Source: an uncultured delta proteobacterium (lineage in GTDB: Bacteria > Desulfobacterota > Syntrophorhabdia > Syntrophorhabdales > WCHB1-27). From it: a stretch of 64,000 bases of DNA. Each line of letters opens with the position of its first letter. The first letter of the stretch is position 1. The stretch is taken from the NCBI GenBank assembly GCA_963810935.1, contig CAWEPK010000007.1:64001-128000 (forward strand), given 5' to 3'. This document shows, in pieces, positions 59,378 through 64,000 of this stretch. A program made the position numbers and the translations under genes. The notes under the pieces are model-generated. The model had not been told where the DNA came from. It searched no databases and saw only the letters and a list, made by a program, of their open reading frames with translations.

Positions 59378-59504
59378 CCTCTCTAATATTCTCTTGTGAC
59401 CAATTAATACGCGTGAACCGGCGTTAGAGCCGGAACATTATACCAGAAGGGCTTTATGACATAAAGACTATTTTGCCCTTCTGTAAAGCCAAAATAGAAA
59501 TGTC

Positions 59505-61457
59505 CTATAGCTCCGCCTTTCGTTCTTCAAGAGGCGTCTCCCTGCTTCTACTATCGAGCAAACGGCGCAGCGTTTCAGCAAGCTCTCGCTTCGGCACCGG
59601 CTTCACGAGGCATGCGCTGATTCCCGCTGCCTCAATCGCCTCTGAAGACGCCGCCCCGGCATACCCGGTAAAAAGAATTACGGGCAGGTCCTTTCGCACG
59701 GCCAGCATCTTACCGGCGAGCGTTATGCCCGTCATTTCAGGCATCACATGGTCGGTAATGACGAGGTCGAACAGGCCGGGATCGGATTCGAACGTCCTCC
59801 AGGCTTCCGACGCGCCTCCGGCGGCAATCACGTGGTAACCGAGCCGTTTGAGGATTTCCGACGCCATCGACAGCACCGAAGGCTCGTCGTCTACCAGGAG
59901 GACTGTCTCGTTGCCTGTCGGGAGGGAGGATGCCCGGCCGGACTCTTCGTCCGCGGCTTGCATAAACAGGGGAAAGAATACCTTGAAGACAGACCCCTTG
60001 CCTTCCTCGCTTTCCACTGTAATGAACCCTTCATGTCCCTTGACAATGCCGAAGACGACGGCCAGGCCCATTCCGGTTCCCTGGCCGGTCGCTTTCGTGG
60101 TGAAAAAGGGGTCGAAAATTCTGCCGCGTATCCCTTCGGGGATCCCGGAGCCCGTATCGGCCACGGTGAGCACGGCGTACGCGCCGGGCGGCATGCCCCT
60201 GTCGGGGGCGGGCTCACCCTCCCGGACGGTAGTATTGGAAAGACGCACCGTGAGCGTGCCCCCATTTTCTGCCATCGCGTGGACGGCGTTATTGCAGAGG
60301 TTCATAAGTACTTGCTGAATTTGTGAGGGGTCGGCGCGGACGGTGTCGGACTCCGCCTCGATGCGTAATTCGGTCCTGACGGCGCCGGGGATAGACCCAT
60401 GGAGGAGTTTCATGGTCTCCTCAATGAGAGGGGCCAGGCTTACGGCCGATCTTGCGCTGTCACCCTTTCTGCTGAAGGTCAGGATTTGCCTGACCAGCGC
60501 GCGCGACCGCATCGAGGCCTCGAGTACCTGTTGAAGGAGTTGGCCGGCGAGGCTATCGGCCCTGATCTCATCGAGGGCAAGCTCCGTGTTGCCTATGATC
60601 ACAGCGAGCATGTTGTTAAAACCGTGGGCAATGCCGCCGGCCAGCGTTCCGACGGCCTCCATCTTCTGGGCATGGCGAAGCTGCTCCTCCACCTTCTGCC
60701 GTTGCTCTGTTTCGATAACGAGCCTGCTATATGCCTTTTGCAACTCCGCAGTGCGCTCCTCTACGCGCAGCTCCAGCTCGTGGTTGGCTTTGCCTATTTC
60801 TTCCTCGGCCTTTTTGCGTCGCGATATTTCTGCCATGCATCGGCGATAGACCCATCCCAGAAAGAGAAGGTTGCCGAGGCCGAGGACGATAAATGCCGCC
60901 GCGCACCTGCGCACCGCCCGCGTTGTGCCCTGTATCGCGGCTCGGCATTCTGCTTCTTCCCGGGCGTCCATACTGCCGATTGCGGACTGCATCTCGTCCA
61001 TGATATACCTGGCCCTTCCGGAGATGGCCGCCGCCTGTGCAGGCGAAAGCATTCCTTTGCGCCGCAGGCCGATCGTTTCTTCCAGCTCATGCAGTTCCCT
61101 GCCCGCCAGTTCTATCACCTTCTTAACCTGTTCCTCCGGTAACTCCCCGTCTTTCGCCATCCGGCGCAGTCCGTCCAGGCTGGATGCGATGCGGGATTTG
61201 GCATGGCGATAGGGGACGAGATAGCCCTCATCCCCCGTCAGCAGGTACCCGCGCTCTCCCGTCTCAGCATCCTTCACGGTCGATAAGACTTCAAGGAGCT
61301 GCTCGATTATCATGCGGTCCTGCGTGACCCTGCGCTCACTCCTCAAAGCGGTCAACTCCGTCCAGTACATGGCCGCTGCGCTAAACGCAAGCAGGGCGCC
61401 GGCGACAAAAAACGCCCGCCTGATATTTTGCCTGCCGTCGTGTCGGTCCCTTTTCAT
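59505..61457 (-). CDS. CHASE3-domain hybrid histidine kinase
   Basis: [32 protein letters not shown], HATPase and REC. Confidence 0.9.
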   Translation of the reverse strand: MKRDRHDGRQNIRRAFFVAGALLAFSAAAMYWTELTALRSERRVTQDRMIIEQLLEVLSTVKDAETGERGYLLTGDEGYLVPYRHAKSRIASSLDGLRRMAKDGELPEEQVKKVIELAGRELHELEETIGLRRKGMLSPAQAAAISGRARYIMDEMQSAIGSMDAREEAECRAAIQGTTRAVRRCAAAFIVLGLGNLLFLGWVYRRCMAEISRRKKAEEEIGKANHELELRVEERTAELQKAYSRLVIETEQRQKVEEQLRHAQKMEAVGTLAGGIAHGFNNMLAVIIGNTELALDEIRADSLAGQLLQQVLEASMRSRALVRQILTFSRKGDSARSAVSLAPLIEETMKLLHGSIPGAVRTELRIEAESDTVRADPSQIQQVLMNLCNNAVHAMAENGGTLTVRLSNTTVREGEPAPDRGMPPGAYAVLTVADTGSGIPEGIRGRIFDPFFTTKATGQGTGMGLAVVFGIVKGHEGFITVESEEGKGSVFKVFFPLFMQAADEESGRASSLPTGNETVLLVDDEPSVLSMASEILKRLGYHVIAAGGASEAWRTFESDPGLFDLVITDHVMPEMTGITLAGKMLAVRKDLPVILFTGYAGAASSEAIEAAGISACLVKPVPKRELAETLRRLLDSRSRETPLEERKAEL

Positions 61458-61613
61458 GCCACTCCGGTAAAATCCTGATAAGAAGCTAAGTCGCGGGGCA
61501 GGATTAGACAACGTAGCCGATGAAGGAAGAGAATGCGAAAGGCGCAGCGGGATCCTGGCCCCCGGAACTCGCGCATCGTTGACTTTGCGGGCCTGTTATG
61601 GGCAAAATCAATT

Positions 61614-62705
61614 ATGGATGAGATAATAAAAGCCCTCGCCGGCGGCGCAGACCCGGCCGGTCTGGTAGGCCGCGCGCTCGGCCTGCCGGCCGCAGAGCAG
61701 GAGGCGCTCTTTGCGGCCGCGGGCAGTCTGAATAGCGAGGCCGCGGCGCGTTTCCTGGCCCTCGTTTATGCCGGGCTTTCCGACAAACGCCTGCAAAAGC
61801 TCGCCAAGAAGGCGCTGTTTTTGCTCGGCACGAAAGGGGTGCGTACGGAGGCGCCGAGGCCGGCAGGCGAGTCCGCCCTCCATAAAGTAGAGACGGAGCG
61901 CGAGGGGGCGGCCTACCTTTCGAATTACGACGAGACGCTCACGCGGCTCCTTCTGGTGGTCGTCGCAACGCGGAAGAACCATTTCCTTTTCAGCCACATC
62001 GCGCTCCACTTCCCGGACGGCCTGACCGAGATGCAGACGGCCGAGCTGCCGAGAAACCAACTCGAGATGCTCATCCCGGAATATACGTCGAGCGCCGTTG
62101 CGCCCATCGTGCTGCCCGCGATATCGCCGCCTTTTGCCGGCTACCTCGTCGAGGAAGGCGCACGCGCCTCCGGCAGGCAGGCGGAAGAGGCGCGCGGCAT
62201 CAACCGCATGATGTCTGCGGTGAAAGGCGACGTGCGCAAGCCTGAGGACATCTATCTGCTCGATGCGCATGGCGCGGCGCCCGCCGCCTTCGAGGACGTG
62301 CTCAACGATTCCATGTTCGAGCCCTTCAACCTTGCGTGGCCCGGCATCGAAGAGGACAAAAAGAAACTCGACGAAGCGGTCAACTCCGGCATCGTACTTC
62401 CGCAGTACGTAGTCGAGGAGAGGCGGCAGGCGTCCCTGAACGCCCTCGTCGCAGGCGGCAGGCTCGCCGGGCTGACACCCGGTTTCAAGCGGATGCTCGC
62501 GGATTACGCGTACATGTTTTACTGCCTGAAGCGATATGACCTGTACGCGGGCATAGCCGGCCGCATACACGACGAGGCGTACGTGAAACGGGCGCTCCTC
62601 CATTTTGTAAACAAGGCGTTCGGCAGGATGAAGAAAGAGGCCGAGGAAGGAAAGATGCCGGGCGTTATCGTCGATCCGTACTCGGCCGGGAAAGAGCCGC
62701 GTTAA
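61614..62705 (+). CDS. Conserved-looking hypothetical protein
   Basis: Long ORF with strong GC3 bias, apparently co-transcribed with rlmE. Confidence 0.75.
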   Translation: MDEIIKALAGGADPAGLVGRALGLPAAEQEALFAAAGSLNSEAAARFLALVYAGLSDKRLQKLAKKALFLLGTKGVRTEAPRPAGESALHKVETEREGAAYLSNYDETLTRLLLVVVATRKNHFLFSHIALHFPDGLTEMQTAELPRNQLEMLIPEYTSSAVAPIVLPAISPPFAGYLVEEGARASGRQAEEARGINRMMSAVKGDVRKPEDIYLLDAHGAAPAAFEDVLNDSMFEPFNLAWPGIEEDKKKLDEAVNSGIVLPQYVVEERRQASLNALVAGGRLAGLTPGFKRMLADYAYMFYCLKRYDLYAGIAGRIHDEAYVKRALLHFVNKAFGRMKKEAEEGKMPGVIVDPYSAGKEPR

Positions 62706-62721
62706 CAGCGAAAGTAAAGCC

Positions 62722-63318
62722 ATGCACGCCCGCTACGTAGTAAAAGACACGTTCTATAAAAAAGCCAAACAAGAAGGGTATCGCGCGCGCAGCGCCTATA
62801 AGCTGCAAGAGATCGTGCAGCGCTTCCGCGTTATAAAAAGGGGCGACCGCGTGCTCGACCTTGGGGCAGCGCCGGGGAGCTGGGTGCAGGTGGCAGCCGG
62901 CCTCGCAGGCGGGAGCGGCCGGGTGGTCGGCCTGGACATATTGCCCATAGAGCCCGTGACCGCGCCTAACGTGCTGCTCATGCAGGCGGACATAAGGGAG
63001 ATCGACGCAAGCAGGCTGCTTGCGGACGCGGCCGTCGACGCCTTCGACGTAGTGACGTGCGACATCGCCCCGAACCTGTCCGGCGTAAGAGAGGTGGACG
63101 ACGCGCGCGTGCTGGAGCTGTATGAGGCGGTGCTGGGGGTGGTGGGGAAGGTGCTGCGGCCTGGCGGGAGTTTTGTGATAAAGCTGTTCGCAAGCCCGGA
63201 GTTCGGCGGCATGGCGGCGAGGCTGAAGAAGCAATTCGCCAACGTGACGACGTTCAAGCCGAAGTCATCACGAGCGGTGAGCGCAGAAGTGTACCTCGTG
63301 TGCGTGGGGAAAAAATAG
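62722..63318 (+). CDS. rlmE: 23S rRNA Um2552 2'-O-methyltransferase
   Basis: YRARSAYKL, DLGAAPGSW, D.APN.SG, K.F and KP.SSR..S.EVY (K-D-K-E tetrad). Confidence 0.95.
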   Translation: MHARYVVKDTFYKKAKQEGYRARSAYKLQEIVQRFRVIKRGDRVLDLGAAPGSWVQVAAGLAGGSGRVVGLDILPIEPVTAPNVLLMQADIREIDASRLLADAAVDAFDVVTCDIAPNLSGVREVDDARVLELYEAVLGVVGKVLRPGGSFVIKLFASPEFGGMAARLKKQFANVTTFKPKSSRAVSAEVYLVCVGKK

Positions 63319-63372
63319 AGCCGCAGGCGTAAGAGCCGAAGCTAAACAAAAAAGGCAACGGCGGAGTAATGC

Positions 63373-63607
63373 GGGCGGCTGGACTCGCGCCTGCTGCGGG
63401 GCCGCGCTATGCGGCGCCCTGCTCAGCGCGTGTCCTCCGACGTACATACGTACGCCTCCGGCCGACGCACTTCACATTGCATCCACATATCGCAACCCCT
63501 TGAGGCGCTCCTCCAACCGCAACCGCCGCTAACGGAAGCAGCTACGCTGCGTAGTTGTTGGGCGGCGGTAAGAGCGGGTTGTACTATGGAGCAATGTGGG
63601 ATACTAC
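63373..63607 (+). repeat. 235-bp family C element, copy 2
   Basis: Matches the reverse complement of 43455..43689. Confidence 0.9.
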
Positions 63608-63657
63608 ACCGCTGATGTTATTGACGCTAAGAGCGGGCTGAATTCTGTTATCTGCCG

Positions 63658-64000
63658 CTAGTGGACGTTCGGGGACGTGATATTGCCCGATAGCGGCTGC
63701 TCGACGTATATGTCTACCGTGAGCGCCCCGCTGTTGTCGAACGTGGTCGGGTCGTTCATTCGCATGAGAAGATTGCCGTCAGCGGCGGCCGTGCCTAGGT
63801 ACTGGTCGCGGACCGAGAACGGCGGGCCGTCGCCTATGCGCCCTATGAGCGCAGTCGCGGCCGGTTCCTCGGCCATTATGCGTCCTATGTCGATGCCGAC
63901 CGCGCCGCTTGGGCCGCTGACCCACCCCAACCCGCCGGACCACGTCCCCTGCGCATCGAGGAAGAAGCGGTCGCCGTTCCTCAGGGTCACGTTCGAGTCC
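63658..64000 (-). CDS. C-terminal part of a protein with a LecA/PA-IL-like beta-sandwich domain (runs off the window end)
   Basis: Open frame to the window edge; A.GTW...GP.G...ALIGRIGDG..F.V...G.L...MND...DNSGAL.V. Confidence 0.55.
   Translation of the reverse strand, partial: DSNVTLRNGDRFFLDAQGTWSGGLGWVSGPSGAVGIDIGRIMAEEPAATALIGRIGDGPPFSVRDQYLGTAAADGNLLMRMNDPTTFDNSGALTVDIYVEQPLSGNITSPNVH

Overview
A 64-kb, GC-rich bacterial window. Gene content points to an anaerobic deltaproteobacterium, possibly a syntroph (inference only). From left to right it holds: PAS/GAF hybrid histidine kinases; an hdrCBA-flxDCBA electron-bifurcation cluster with a Rex-like site upstream; a PerR-like regulator with rubrerythrin and a VIT1-type exporter; clpB; a small defence island (HNH nuclease, DNA methyltransferase with an apparent N-terminal ribbon-helix-helix domain, two tandem toxin-antitoxin pairs); a ~14-kb Ni/Co/B12 region; an amidase; several c-di-GMP/signalling proteins; two ADP-forming acyl-CoA ligase-family genes; a DEAD-box helicase; and rlmE. 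The Ni/Co/B12 region contains a TonB system, porins, cbiMN, back-to-back cobalamin riboswitches, an unannotated 30-aa CbpA-like peptide with its radical SAM/SPASM enzyme, and nikMNQO. Three things stand out: (1) a recurring GCCAYGAAGGC...U-tract attenuator-like RNA motif, present three times, always in the leaders of the two putative nickel-uptake operons; (2) the B12-riboswitch-controlled CbpA/CbpB peptide-modification locus; (3) three families of structured intergenic repeats. At least nine single-base frameshifts in otherwise intact genes suggest long-read assembly errors rather than pseudogenes. All calls come from motif recognition by eye; no database searches were run.
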